Shown: positions 1 through 11,800 of the stretch, piece by piece | Layout of the letters: every line of letters begins with the position of its first letter | Position numbering within the stretch: the first letter of the stretch is position 1 | Assembly: GCA_963731735.1 (NCBI GenBank) | Contig: CAVSWO010000002.1 | Location: 402,891 to 466,890, forward strand | Direction: 5' to 3' | Origin: Candidatus Kerfeldbacteria bacterium | GTDB taxonomy: Bacteria > Patescibacteriota > Patescibacteriia > SBBC01 > CAIJZX01 | Length of the DNA stretch: 64,000 bases | Notes under the pieces: generated by a model | What the model was told of the DNA's origin: nothing | The model's input: the letters and a program-made list of their open reading frames with translations, nothing else | Database searches by the model: none | Position numbers and translations under genes: made by a program

Positions 1-5
1 AGCCC

Positions 6-545
6 TTAGGCGCGATAGAGCAGCAGCGCGCTGCCACCCGGACGCTTTGGATTTTCGACTCGTTGTTCGAGGGGCCAATCCGGCAATGCAAACCCGAACG
101 AAATAACGCGGGTGCCGGCCCGGAGTTTGTTTCGAAGCGTGTGTCGGAGCTTTGGGACGAAATTGGTAATAAAAAAACCGTAGACCAGCGTGGCCGCAGA
201 CAAGTCCTGTCGGTATAAATCAGCTCGGAGAATCGTGACATTCCGAAGCTGGCGGGTTCGCCATTTGGCCAACAGATACGGCCACCATTGAATTTCAATC
301 CCGATGCATTTGGTATCAGGAAAACTGGTTGCTAAGGCGGTCAGAACACGCGCGTCACCGCAGCCCAATTCATACAGCACGTCCGACGGTTGCAACGGGA
401 GATTGTTTTGTAGCCACGCAATTGCCCAGCGCGGCGTACTGACGTATGGCAGCCCCGTTCGCAAGGTTTGCCAGAGCGTGTTGATTGCGAACACCAGCGC
501 GATCAATGTCGCGAACAGTAGCACAACGAAAAAGGCTAACACCAT
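6..545 (-). CDS. membrane-anchored class I SAM-dependent methyltransferase
   Basis: Methyltransferase motif I (LYELGCGDARV) follows an N-terminal hydrophobic helix. I chose the start at the internal Met (MVLAFF...) because ATGCTATACT lies 7 nt upstream; the ORF extends to 638. Confidence 0.55.
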   Translation of the reverse strand: MVLAFFVVLLFATLIALVFAINTLWQTLRTGLPYVSTPRWAIAWLQNNLPLQPSDVLYELGCGDARVLTALATSFPDTKCIGIEIQWWPYLLAKWRTRQLRNVTILRADLYRQDLSAATLVYGFFITNFVPKLRHTLRNKLRAGTRVISFGFALPDWPLEQRVENPKRPGGSALLLYRA

Positions 546-675
546 AGCCGCAGTATAGCATGGTCGCAGACGGGGCTTGACAATTTTACATTTTGTGCTT
601 AAAGTTCCGTCAATCCGTCGTGGTTCATTCATAGTCAAACGCTCGCCCCGCTTCCATCTCCAACACGGAGGTTCG

Positions 676-1158
676 ATGGACGAACATGTGTTTCATCCGC
701 GCCTGCGGCAAAATGTCATGTCTCACGCCGAGGTAGCCTATCAATTCAATCTCCTGGTCAAAGGAATTGAGGTAGAGGATCTCGGAACTCAACAGTTGAC
801 GCCGAGTTTGCTCGGCCGCATCCGATTGATCCTGGATGGCCTGGACGCATTCATTCCCGGTCTCGAGTATCATCCGATCAATGACTTTGAAGCCGAACTG
901 GCTTACGAAGCCGCGCTCGATGATTTCGAGCATCGGAAGTTCTGGGCCGCCACCCAAAACATCTGTCATGGCTTGCAAATTTCCTGGCACCACCCGCAAC
1001 TCTGGCACCTGCTGGGATGCCTGGCCCGGCGACTTCAGTACACCGGCCTGGCTGAACGCTGTTTCTACCACGCGGTCTGGATCAATCCGGGCTTCCTGGA
1101 AGCCAGGCGTGACTTGCTGGCCACCAGTCAGTTGCATCCACCACAACAGCTCTTCTGA
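676..1158 (+). CDS. hypothetical protein
   Basis: ORF runs 577-1158. I chose the MDEHVF start because GGAGG lies 5 nt upstream. A hairpin plus T7 terminator follows directly. Confidence 0.4.
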   Translation: MDEHVFHPRLRQNVMSHAEVAYQFNLLVKGIEVEDLGTQQLTPSLLGRIRLILDGLDAFIPGLEYHPINDFEAELAYEAALDDFEHRKFWAATQNICHGLQISWHHPQLWHLLGCLARRLQYTGLAERCFYHAVWINPGFLEARRDLLATSQLHPPQQLF

Positions 1159-1181
1159 ACCCCTGCGGGGGTTCTTTTTTT
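1157..1181 (+). terminator. rho-independent terminator
   Basis: gaacccc-tgc-ggggttc hairpin followed by ttttttt. Confidence 0.6.
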
Positions 1182-1785
1182 ACAACCAGGTATGTTGATC
1201 GGGGAAATAGGATGGTTGGGTGTCCGGATGATGGGATCGGTTAAACGCGCGCATCCGATTGCGCCAGTGACTGATCACCCGACCGGACAATCGAAGCGGT
1301 GTATGCGGAATATTCCGCAGTGCTTCTTCAACAAACCAGACATTGTGCCTGGCCGAACGCCAGCGGCCGTTGAGGGCGCGAAGATCGAGCAGACCATAGG
1401 CTTCGAGACAGGCCCGCTCATCGATATATGGAATGACATAACTTTGGACCAAGGCCGGAATGGTTGAAAAAACCGGTTTGCGTCCATCCAAACCAACATC
1501 CCGAGATTTCCCGACCGCTCCGTACTTCCCGTGGTGCTCAAAAACAAACAGCGTGTGATCAATTTGATCAGCGGATTCCAGATCAAGAATTACTGGGGGA
1601 TACCCGTGCGGTTCGAGCAACGCCGCCGCGGCCATCGCGCCCTCGAGACAATGGGCGGAATTCGTGGAGATTACCCCGGGCAAGGTTCGCATCGTATCCG
1701 CCGGGTTATAAGCAAGCGAGTCGAGCCAGCGTTGGACATGAAGGGGAGTATTCAGATGTTGCATGGGTAAAGTATAACAAAACAC
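1180..1785 (-). CDS. hypothetical protein
   Basis: 201-aa ORF with no family recognised. Conserved Cys, His and Asp-like residues suggest a possible hydrolase fold, but I could not confirm this. Confidence 0.35.
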   Translation of the reverse strand: MFCYTLPMQHLNTPLHVQRWLDSLAYNPADTMRTLPGVISTNSAHCLEGAMAAAALLEPHGYPPVILDLESADQIDHTLFVFEHHGKYGAVGKSRDVGLDGRKPVFSTIPALVQSYVIPYIDERACLEAYGLLDLRALNGRWRSARHNVWFVEEALRNIPHTPLRLSGRVISHWRNRMRAFNRSHHPDTQPSYFPDQHTWL

Positions 1786-1813
1786 AGAAATATATTGATT
1801 TTTTCTTTAAAAC

Positions 1814-1822
1814 GTGATATAA
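1814..1822 (+). promoter_or_regulatory. extended -10 element (TGaTATAAT)
   Basis: TGATATAAT lies in the AT-rich stretch 35 nt upstream of the ATG at 1857. Confidence 0.4.
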
Positions 1823-1856
1823 TACTACTCAGGATAAATAATTAAAATAAAACAAT

Positions 1857-2867
1857 ATGCCTAATACCCAGCTCGATATCGAGCAAAAAACCGGTACGAG
1901 GATTTCGCAAGCCGTTGGTTTAGCGCTGGTAATTGGCGCTGGGGCGCTTGGTGCCGCAGCCTTTTTATTTATTGGCTCGCAGGAGAAATTATCAACGACC
2001 TCTCCCGGAGTAGTCAAAAAAAGTGCTACAACGCAAAGTGCGGTTGATCTTACAAGCGCGGAGATTTTTTCAGCCGATCCTACGAATGTCACCTACACAG
2101 GCTATGATCAGGCGGTTGCGGAAACGGAGGCGATTAAAAATCCGGATGATATAACAATTACTATTACAACACCATCTGAAGGGGCGTTGGTAGACGACTC
2201 AAATGGCAACTATCTGACGGCCGAACTTAATGACCCGAACCATAAAGTTAGCTCGCTGTATGTTCGAACTTTTAACGACCGTTACAAATTCATGATTGGG
2301 TGGAATAATGACACAACAGCTCCATACCAGTGGAACACAGCGCTTTCCTTGTATCCAAGCGGTGAATATCGGGACGTTATCTATGCCCGGGATGCGGCGG
2401 GCAATTTTCTCGCCTGGACTGATGTCATGTACACAAAAACACACAATTGCTACTATCTCGGCTATCAAGATATGACGTTGACAGCACCCACTGATACTAT
2501 TACAGCTGGAAAAACATTTACGATGACTGCTAGTGTAAAGAATAATATACGTGGTGCGTGCCAAAATAATTATGCAGTTTCCACTACGTCACCATTATCT
2601 TTGGACTCGCTTTTACCGGAAGGTTGGACGGCAACTACTGACCCGGATGGATATATGTCAATTGGAATCGGGGAGACCCGCGACTACACCGTGAGCGTCA
2701 AGGTGCCAGTCTCAGCTACCACCGGAACCTATACAGTTGGTGTTACAAGTCAACGGCAAAACACTGGCTTCATTGTAACGAAAGAAGCTACCGTAAACGT
2801 AGCTGCGAACACTGGCGGCGGAGGCGGCGGCGGTATCAAGATCGATCCAGGCGACCTAGCCCCATAA
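1857..2867 (+). CDS. membrane-anchored surface protein (Ig-like/CARDB-like), Gly7 tract near C-terminus
   Basis: N-terminal TM helix, Thr/Ser-rich beta-sandwich-like sequence, and GGGGGGG near the C-terminus. A terminator follows. Confidence 0.5.
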   Translation: MPNTQLDIEQKTGTRISQAVGLALVIGAGALGAAAFLFIGSQEKLSTTSPGVVKKSATTQSAVDLTSAEIFSADPTNVTYTGYDQAVAETEAIKNPDDITITITTPSEGALVDDSNGNYLTAELNDPNHKVSSLYVRTFNDRYKFMIGWNNDTTAPYQWNTALSLYPSGEYRDVIYARDAAGNFLAWTDVMYTKTHNCYYLGYQDMTLTAPTDTITAGKTFTMTASVKNNIRGACQNNYAVSTTSPLSLDSLLPEGWTATTDPDGYMSIGIGETRDYTVSVKVPVSATTGTYTVGVTSQRQNTGFIVTKEATVNVAANTGGGGGGGIKIDPGDLAP

Positions 2868-2883
2868 GACAACCTACTAGCAA

Positions 2884-2908
2884 GCGGCGGAGTAATCCGC
2901 CGCTTTTT
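2884..2908 (+). terminator. rho-independent terminator
   Basis: gcggcgg-agtaat-ccgccgc hairpin followed by ttttt. Confidence 0.7.
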
Positions 2909-3014
2909 AGTCATATGAAAAATCCTTTATTGCAAAAGGACTTTTTGAAATTCTCTTAAAACTTCAGCCAATGCCCCATAGAGCTACGTCGGACCAGCGG
3001 ATCTAGTTCGACAA

Positions 3015-3042
3015 TAAAAAAAGCCGAACGGAATAGTTCGGC
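3015..3042 (-). terminator. rho-independent terminator (minus strand)
   Basis: An A8 run precedes the gccgaac-ggaata-gttcggc hairpin on the plus strand, which gives a hairpin plus U-tract on the minus strand. Confidence 0.65.
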
Positions 3043-3057
3043 ACACAGGAAGTAGCG

Positions 3058-3360
3058 TTATTCAGATTGTTCTTTGGTCTGCGACCACTGGTTCGCGAAA
3101 TACCGCATGTACGCAACGAAGGCGATGATCAGAACCAAGGCCGCGAACCCAAATACATCAAGGAGCGTGAGCGTAACCGCAATCCCAACCAGAAAAAAAA
3201 CAATCAAGAACCGAATCAGTGCCTGAACTCGCTTTTCGGCAGCCAGTCCAGAGTCTCCGATCATCGGAAAGGGTGTCCACATGACCCAGAGCATATGAAA
3301 ACCGCGGAGTGCAAAAATGAACAAGACGCCACACGAGGCCAATAGCGCGAATTTCGGCAT
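3058..3360 (-). CDS. small integral membrane protein
   Basis: 100 aa with 3-4 predicted TM helices. GGAGGA lies 9 nt upstream and a terminator lies downstream. Confidence 0.5.
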   Translation of the reverse strand: MPKFALLASCGVLFIFALRGFHMLWVMWTPFPMIGDSGLAAEKRVQALIRFLIVFFLVGIAVTLTLLDVFGFAALVLIIAFVAYMRYFANQWSQTKEQSE

Positions 3361-3426
3361 TAGTTGATTCCTCCAGGCAGAAAGCGAAATACTCGTCTTC
3401 GTTTCTACTTCAGCATCGTCTCAAAA

Positions 3427-3542
3427 CCCTGGCGCTGGCCTACTTTCCCCGCGGTATGCCCCGCAGTATCATCGGCGCTGGCTGGCTTAACGACCGTGTT
3501 CGGAATGGGAACGGGTGTGGCCCAGTCGCTCGAAGCACCAGG
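3427..3542 (-). rRNA. rrf: 5S rRNA
   Basis: Reverse complement reads CCTGGTGC...CACACCCGTTCCCATTCCGAACACGG...GCGCCGATGATACTGCGGGG...GCGCCAGGG, which matches the canonical 5S sequence. Confidence 0.9.
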
Positions 3543-3942
3543 GTACTGAGACGATGTCTCTGGTAATCAATGTAAAGTGAGGAAACAAGCGAACGCTTGC
3601 TTCTGGTTCTGGTGAATTCCGCACCAGCTTGGTGCAGTTTGAAGAATTATCTCGTCCTGTGCGTCCCAACAGTCCGTCGGAACGTGATCAGTTAGTACGG
3701 TTCGGCTCAACACCTTACGGTGCTTACACCTGCCGCCTATCAACCGTCATGTCCCTGGAGTCTTAACGAAAGCTAATCTTGAGGACGGCTTCACGCTTAG
3801 ATGCTTTCAGCGTTTATCCCTGCCGAACGTCGCTACCCAGCAATGCCCCTGGTGGGACAACTGGTACACGAGAGGTTCGTTCTTCCCGGTCCTCTCGTAC
3901 TAGGGAAGAATTCTCTCAAGTTTCGACGCCCACAGTGGATAG

Positions 3943-3994
<52 letters not shown>

Positions 3995-4007
3995 TGGCGA
4001 ACAGCCA

Positions 4008-4066
<59 letters not shown>

Positions 4067-4579
4067 GCGCCGTCGCTGTGGACGCTTGGGCGCGATCAGC
4101 CTGTTATCCCCGGAGTAACTTTTATCCGTTGAGCTTCCGCCGTCCTATATGCGTACGGTCGGATCACTAAGTTCTACTTTCGTAACTGCTCGGCGTGTAG
4201 GTCTTGCAGTAAAGCTGGCTTGTGGCGTTTGCCCTATCGATCCGGATTTCCATCCCGACCTAGCCAACCTTTGTAAACGCCTCCGTTACCTTTTAGGAGG
4301 CAACCGCCCCAGTCAAACTACCCACCAGACACTGTCTCCCGTGCCGGATTCAGGGCGCGAGGTGAGTGCACAGACACAGCGAAGCGTGGTATTTCACTGT
4401 TGACTCCACCGCAGCCTACGATCCGGACTTCAAAGTCTCCCACCTATGCTGAGCATCGCACATCTGTGCACAATGCCAAGTTGTAGTAAAGCTTCACGGG
4501 GTCTTTTCGTCCAATGATGGGTAACCGGCATCTTTACTCGTCTTGTAATTTCGCCGAGTCCCTCGTTGAGAGAGTTCTC

Positions 4580-4632
<53 letters not shown>

Positions 4633-5404
4633 CATTGTGCTGGGCGAGACAACCTACGGTTTTCTCGTCCCACGCCACTCTTTCCCTTTTGCGTGTCGCC
4701 ACCTCCATCCTCGCGCAAAGCAAGTTTGACGCTCGGCTGTTCGATGCTCGACCTGTCTTTTCTTTGTGCGGCGCTTCGCTATCGCTCGCGCCGCCTTGGG
4801 CTGAGTGGGGATACTCACTGTATCGCTGCATATTGCTATGCAGATCAGACTATATCTTCAACCTTGCTTTTAGAAAAAACAGAATGGGGCGGCGGCAGAC
4901 AAGCTTCGTTGTCGTCGCCCCGCAAGGTGCTCGGGTACTAGTCGTTGGGGGAATGCTAGGGTTCTTCATCGTGATCGCCCTCCTCATCTTCGGGTTCGGG
5001 CGGAACTTCTCGGTGAAGCTCAGTCGTAATCTCTTCGCGATCTATTCTCTGAAGCAGGACCTCCTTGGCCCAACTTAGAGACAGAATCTCGAGACACTTT
5101 ACTTGAGCTTCATCATCATTTGATGCTTCGAACTCATAATCTTGAAAGGTATCTCCGACCATCCAGCTTTCCTGGAAAGTCTGACGGATACGGTATTTCA
5201 TTTCACCTCTCCTTTCCCTGCGAATTGTCCGATCATTCGATCGGAGTTTTCCGCATATTTCCGCGTATTTATGGACCAATCACGAATTACTTCGTGATAG
5301 GCAGTTACTTTTCCTTACTGCACTGTTTCTGTTGGAACTCTTGGAACTGCTTACTTCCATAACCGTCGCTAGTCCTTCGCCCAACCACTTTCGTGATTGA
5401 GCAA
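4633..5404 (-). mobile_element. group I intron in 23S rRNA at E. coli-equivalent site ~1931
   Basis: The exon sequence CCTAAGGT|..|AGCGAAATTCC is interrupted by 772 nt. The 5' exon ends in U and the intron ends in G. It contains an S/P7'-like AAGATATAGTC (4848-4858), an R-like CAACGACTAG (4938-4947) and a P-like AATTCGCAGGGAAA (5213-5226). Confidence 0.75.
4956..5201 (-). CDS. intron-encoded small acidic protein (81 aa), no known homing-endonuclease motif
   Basis: ATG preceded by GGAAAGGAGAGGTGAA on the rRNA strand. Protein is MKYRIRQTFQESWMVGDTFQDYEFEASNDDEAQVKCLE...PEPEDEEGDHDEEP. No LAGLIDADG, GIY-YIG, HNH or His-Cys box. Confidence 0.45.
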   Translation of the reverse strand: MKYRIRQTFQESWMVGDTFQDYEFEASNDDEAQVKCLEILSLSWAKEVLLQRIDREEITTELHREVPPEPEDEEGDHDEEP

Positions 5405-6185
5405 ACCTTAGGACGGTTATAGTTACCGCCGGCGTTCATCAGCGCTTCGGATCAAGGCGTAAACCTCTCCCCTTAACGTTCTGACACTGGCCAGGCATCA
5501 GCCCCTATACATCAGCTTGCGCTTTGGCAGGGACCTAAGTTTTTGGTAAACAGTCGCTTGACGTCATTTAGCTGCGGCCCAGCTTGCGCTGGGCAGGCCA
5601 TATACCGAAGGTACGGCCATTGTTTTGCCGAGTTCCTAAACGAGGGTTCTCTCGTACGCCTTAGCAGATTTGCTGCCCACCCACCGGTGTCGGTTTACGG
5701 TACGGAAACGTCGTGACATAACCAGCGGACTTTTTCTCGGCCCCCGTGTCGTCTGTATTGGCTTGCCCTTGCGGGTTCGTCTGCGCCTTGCGGCCCGCAC
5801 ATAACCAAAGTACGGACAGATCTCACGGATGCGTCATCCACTGGGTAATCACGCCGTTGCACGGGAATATTAGCCCGTTGTCCATCAGCTACGCCTTTCG
5901 GCCTCGCCTTAGGGCCGGCTCACCCTGGGTCGATTTGCGGTGCCCAGGAAACCTTGGGTTTACGGCGGACGGGGTTCTCACCCGTCGTTGTGCTACTTAT
6001 ACCTACATTCTCACTTCGGTGCACTCCACGGTCGCTCGCGCTTCCGCTTCGGCGCACACCGAACGCTCCGCTACCACTGGAAGGTCATCACTGACCAACC
6101 AATCCTCAGCTTCGGTACGACACTTGAGTCCCGATACATTTTCGGCGCTTCGGGGCTCGACCAGTGAGCTGTTACGCTTTCTTTA

Positions 6186-6216
<31 letters not shown>

Positions 6217-8815
6217 TTGTTTGAGCCTCAAAACTACCTTTCAAACACTGAGTGTCGATTTAGGGACCTTAACTGGAGGTCTGGGTTCTTTCCCTCACGT
6301 CCGGTGGAGCTTAGCCCCCACGGACTGACTGCTGAACTGTAATACTGCGGCATTCGGAGTTTGGTTGGGGAGACTAGGATTGCTCCACGCCACCCCATTC
6401 AGTGCTCTACCACCGCAATGGATCATTCAACGCTAGCCCAAAAGCTATTTCGCGGAGAACCAGCTATCGCCGAGTTCGATTGGAATTTCTCCTCTACCCA
6501 CAACTCATCCCAGAGCGTTGCACGACTCACGGGTTCGGACCTCCACGACGTTTTACCGCCGCTTCATCCTGGTCATGGGTAGCTCACCCGGCTTCGGGTC
6601 TGTTACGGATCACGAGTGCCTCATGAGCATGATGATCACCGAAGTGACCGCCACACTCATTCAGCACATGCGCCGGTGAAGGCTCGCTTTCACTATGACA
6701 TCGGCCTGGACGGCCTTAGTCGAGCGATCCGTAATAACTCGTAGGTTCATTCTTCAATAGGCACGCTGCAACCCCGCCGAAGCGAGGCCGCAACTGTTTG
6801 TAAGCGATATGGTTTCAGATACTATTTCATTCCCCTCCCGGGGTGCTTTTCACCTTTCCCTCACGGTACTGGTTCACTATCGATCATCAACAATATTTAG
6901 TCTTGGAAGTCTAGTCCTCCCAGCTTCCCACAAGATTTCACGTGTCTCGTGGTACTTGAGGAATAGAACCAGTAAAGCTTTAACCGATTTCGCTTACGGG
7001 ACGATCGCCCTGTGTCGTAGGCCGTTCCAGGCCGCTTCAGCTATCGATTGGTCATATTCATTCTCCCACTGTAGAAACTGCAGTGAGAGAAAGAATCAAC
7101 ATGCGCTTTACTCCTAAAGATGTAAGCTTTAGACGTTCTACTCTCGCAACCCCCAACCAGTATGCGGGCTTACACCCTTGCACCCTTGCGGATGCAACTG
7201 GAAAGGTTTTGACTGTTCCCGTTTCGCTCGCCACTACTCAGGGAATGTTCTCCGCCAAAGGCGGAGGTTGTTTTCTGTTCCACTGGCTACTAAGATGTTT
7301 CAATTCACCAGGTTACCTTCGCATGCCCTATGTGTTCAGGCACGGATGTTCCGAAATTTCCTTCGGAACGGGTTTCCCCATTCGGACATCCCCGGATCAC
7401 AGGTTGGTTGCCACCTTCCCGAGGCTTTTCGCAGGCTCCGACGTCCTTCATCGTTCGTTGATGTCGAGGCATCCACCATACGCCCTTATGTGTTCCGACG
7501 AACTGTCGAGACACGCACCCCTGCACTTACGCAGGGGGTAGCAGGTACGAGATTCGATGTATCGCTTGATACACCAATCTTTTCTTCTTTCACCAGAACC
7601 ACAAACAGACGTTCGTGATTCTGCGAGTATGATGCTTATTTCCTCTTACTTTACTCTATGTCTTGATTACCCTTATTCAGTTGTCGATGATCGGGTGATT
7701 CGAAGAGAAACCGCTTCGGTTTCTCTTGCGACACATCTCTTCCCGCCAGGTGAGTCGACTCTCGTCGCTGCACCGAAAGCAAGTTTCGGTTCGCGACTTC
7801 GCGGTTCGACCCGTCTGTATCTGCGCGGCCTCGCTATCGCTCGGCCGCAGACTGGGTTAAAGAAATGTTCGAGATCAACAGCACTGGAGAGATCACGAAC
7901 GGGTCGTGATCAGATCAGTATGGTTGAAGAAAGAACAGGTGGATTGGTTTAAGGGAATGGAGCATCGAGAGTGCCCGCGAAGCCTACGAAGAGAAGCGGG
8001 GGGTACATTCCCTCAGATGCTCCACCACGGAGGTTGGCGTCCAGCGGGACGTGGGAGTTGTTTCCGGCTCGCTTTTCGTTCGCCGTTCCGCACGTCCCGC
8101 CGGGACAAAAGGTCGAGAGATGAGAAGATTGCTCTTCTCCAGCTGCTGTCGGAGGCTGAATTCACGACCAACTGTTTCTCCCGACCAGTAATCTCCAGGA
8201 GGGCGTCCGCGGTTTTCCGCATGCGCCGTGCATGTGACCACAGAAGTGATCGCCACGAACGCTCCTGCCTGGAGTCGGGGAGCCCTCATGTATCCGGGCA
8301 AGGATGAGGACGTGTTCCCCGAATAAGGTTGCGCCGATGTCCCGCCGCCGACTTCTTCTCCCCCAGAGAAGGTTAGCAGCATCGATCGACGCAACAGCTG
8401 GTCGGGCCCGCGACTGTCGGATGATTTTGTGCGCTTGCGCGCTGCCATCACGAACTACGGGCGGGCCCGATAGATTGAAGAGACGTTCCAGTGTACGCCT
8501 GCGCGGACAGCCGAACCGCTGTCTGGCAATTGTTCCTCGAACGTCTCATATTTTGAAGAGCGAAGTAGGATCACGCACGGCATGAGACTGCTTCGGACTT
8601 CAAGTGGTAAAAAGAGCTGGAGACTGAAAAACCGCCCGTCGGCGGCTCATTTTTGGACAGACACGTGTACGCGCTATCAGCTAGCCGTCGACATTCTCCT
8701 TGCGGTTGGTCTGTTCCATATGAACCGTCATCATTTATTAGTGGGCTCAGCATACAGGTTTTGTTTGTCTGCGTCAAGGCGGATTCGGGACAACCGGGGG
8801 AAAATATCCGGAAAG

Positions 8816-8844
8816 TTGACTAACGGCCAAAAAAATGATATAAT
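8816..8844 (+). promoter_or_regulatory. sigma70-type promoter, TTGACT-17-TGaTATAAT
   Basis: Consensus -35 and extended -10 elements with an ideal 17-nt spacer. The -10 ends 8 nt before the ATG at 8853, which implies a leaderless mRNA. Confidence 0.6.
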
Positions 8845-8852
8845 ACGGTCAA

Positions 8853-11800
8853 ATGAACATGAAAAAAGCGGTATTTGTCATCCTTTTGCTTGGTGCCTTG
8901 GTTTGGGAAACCGCGCCTATTTTTCGTAATTTCGATTCGCCCCCTCCGGCCAAGGCGGTCTACCTGACACCGCTCAACAACTACCGCCCCAAGGACCATG
9001 CCATCATCCGCAAGGATGGCGTCTGGCATGTCTTTGCAATTTACACCTGCATCGATCAGACACCGCCGTGTGACACCGGGCTTTACGGCTTGATGCACCT
9101 GACCTCAACCGATTTGAAAAACTGGACTGAAGTTGGGTATGTGATTCCGCCTGGTACCAGTGGCGCTTGGGATGATTACGATATCTGGGCACCATCGATT
9201 GTTGAACGTGACGGAACGTACTACATGTTTTATACCGGCGTGACGGACGCCTCAAAATTAATTCAAAAAATCGGGGTCGCGACGTCAACGGATTTATATA
9301 CTTGGACAAAATCCGGCAGCAATCCCGTCGTAAACTGTGGGGATTTTTCCTGGGCGCACTATGATACCGGGACTGCCTATCAAGCCGCTTGCCGCGATCC
9401 GTATGTCTACTGGGATCAAAACCAGCACCAGTGGGTGATGTTCATGAGCGCTCTGTCAACCGATGGATCACCAACGACCAATGCGCCCACAATTGGTATC
9501 GCGACTTCCGAGGATTTATTGACCTGGCGCGAGTATGGACACATTGCGACCACTGATGATTACACTGCCGAGTCACCGCATGTGATTGAACACGGCGGAA
9601 CGTATTACGTGGTCTTTACCGACAACTGCTCTCCGCAGCCGTGCCTGAAATATGTGTCGTCCACGAATTTGTATTCCGGGTACGGGGCGCAGACCTCAAC
9701 CGGTCTGGAGGATAATGCCTATGCATCCGAATATTATAAAGACGGCGACGGCCGGGAATATTTTTCCCGGGTTGACGGCACCACCAACCTCAATCTTGAT
9801 ATTAGCCAACTGACCTGGACCGGCTCACCCTTTACCGTCCAGGAACCCGCTTACGGATCGATCGGTGATTACGTTTGGAACGACACGAACGCGGATACCG
9901 CCCAAGACAGCGGAGAATCAGGGCTTGATAACGTCGCCTTGACCCTCTATCTCGATAACGGTGATGGGGTGTTTGATGCGGCCAGTGACGACGTCTACGC
10001 CACCACGACGACGGGTGATGATCCAAACACCATCGGTACGCAACATGGGTATTATACATTCAGCAATGTCTTGCCGGCCACCTATTGGGTCAGCGTTGAT
10101 CCAAGCAATTATGCCGGCGGCGGAGCCCTCGAGAACATGGTTCCGACCACGACCGCTTCGCCGCTGGCGGTGACTATTAGCGATAGTGAAAATGACGCCA
10201 CCATCGACCTTGGATTCCAAACGTTGGGCACGAGCTGGTCGCTCAACACGCCCGCCAATTTCAGTCTCGATTCGGGCCTGACGCTCAGCAACGGTCGCGC
10301 CTCACCGACCTCGACCAGCAATTGGTGGAATAACGATTACCGATACCGCCAACAGCTGACCGTCACGGCTAATACCCAAACCCTGGATACCACCAAGACC
10401 ATGATTCTGACCACGGATCTGGCGACTTTGGTCAGTGCCAGTAAACTACAATCCTCGTACAATGATCTGCGGCTGGTCTATTGGGACGGATCAAGTAATA
10501 CCGAAATTCCAATTGATATCATCAACAGCACCACCGTTCGGTTTAAAGTTCAGGCCAGCGTCACGGCCGGAAACACGGATAGCGGTTACTATTTATACTT
10601 CGGCGATCCAAACGCGCTGCCTCGGTCGCAGCAGTTAGCGGATGTTTATGACTACTATGATTCCTTCAACGCGCCGGACGGCACGACCTATAATTCTTGG
10701 GAGGAAAGCGGGGATACCAACTGGGTGATTTCCAACAACGCCTTTCGGTATAATGCCACCACCGTGGCTGACCGATTCGCCCGTGACACGTCAAAAACCG
10801 TTGACCTGAAAAACAACTGGCAGCTTGAAGCTACCGCCACCATCAACAGCGGGTCAATTGGCGGAGCGGGTTTTTTCGATGTCGCGGCCCTCGGTACCGA
10901 TCCTGATCACTTGTACGCGAATTTTGACGCGGCCAATGATCGCACCCAATTTTATCACTATGATTTCGGTCAGGTCGGGTCAAATACTGCTACGACCATC
11001 AACACCGCTACCGCCTATCGGATTGGCTTTGGACTCCGCTACCTCGGCGTTGATTCGCGGTTTTACGCGTCCACTTTGGATGGAACAACTGCCGGGTCGG
11101 CTATCGAAAGCGGCACCGGTTATGACATTTGGTATCCGGGGAATAACACGACCGCCCACCCAGCCCTGAATACGTTTAACGGCAATGTAACATTCGATGA
11201 CCTGAAGGGCTGGGAGGTGCATGATGGGAGCGTCAGCGCGGGCAGCGAAGCGTATATCGCGCCAGCCGTGAGCGCCAGTCTGCAACCGACTAGCGCTTCG
11301 ACTTTTGCTCGCTTGACCGCTTTCGGGACGGATCAAATCGCCCAAGGCGGCGACGTTACTTACGTACTCTCGAATGACGGTGGTACTACCTGGCAGTATT
11401 GGGATGGATCAAGTTGGACCAGCTCAAACAGTACAGCCGCGCAGTCAAATAGCGCCAGTACGGTCAATACCAATGCCGCCAGTTTCGCGGTTGGTTCCGG
11501 ACAATTTACCTGGAAAGCAATTTTTGCGGCCTCGGGAGATGACCAACCAACCTTGTTGCAAGTCGCGGCGACACTCAATCAGGCGCCCAATTCGCCAACG
11601 ATCAGCAGCCCGGCTGACGGTGCCGAGCTCAGTGTTTTCAAACCGGTGCTCAAATTTTCCACCACCGATAGTGAAAGTAACAATCTGCAATATCAGGTGC
11701 AAATTGATACCGTGAATACCTTTGACTCATCCGGTCTAATCACCTATACGCAGGCTAGTTCCCAAACCGGATGGAGCGGGCAAGATGCGAGCAGCGGTAC

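Noticed and set aside
7500-9000. A 16S rRNA upstream of the 23S gene
   Set aside because: No 16S signature sequences on either strand. The space is occupied by non-coding DNA and then the 8853 protein gene.
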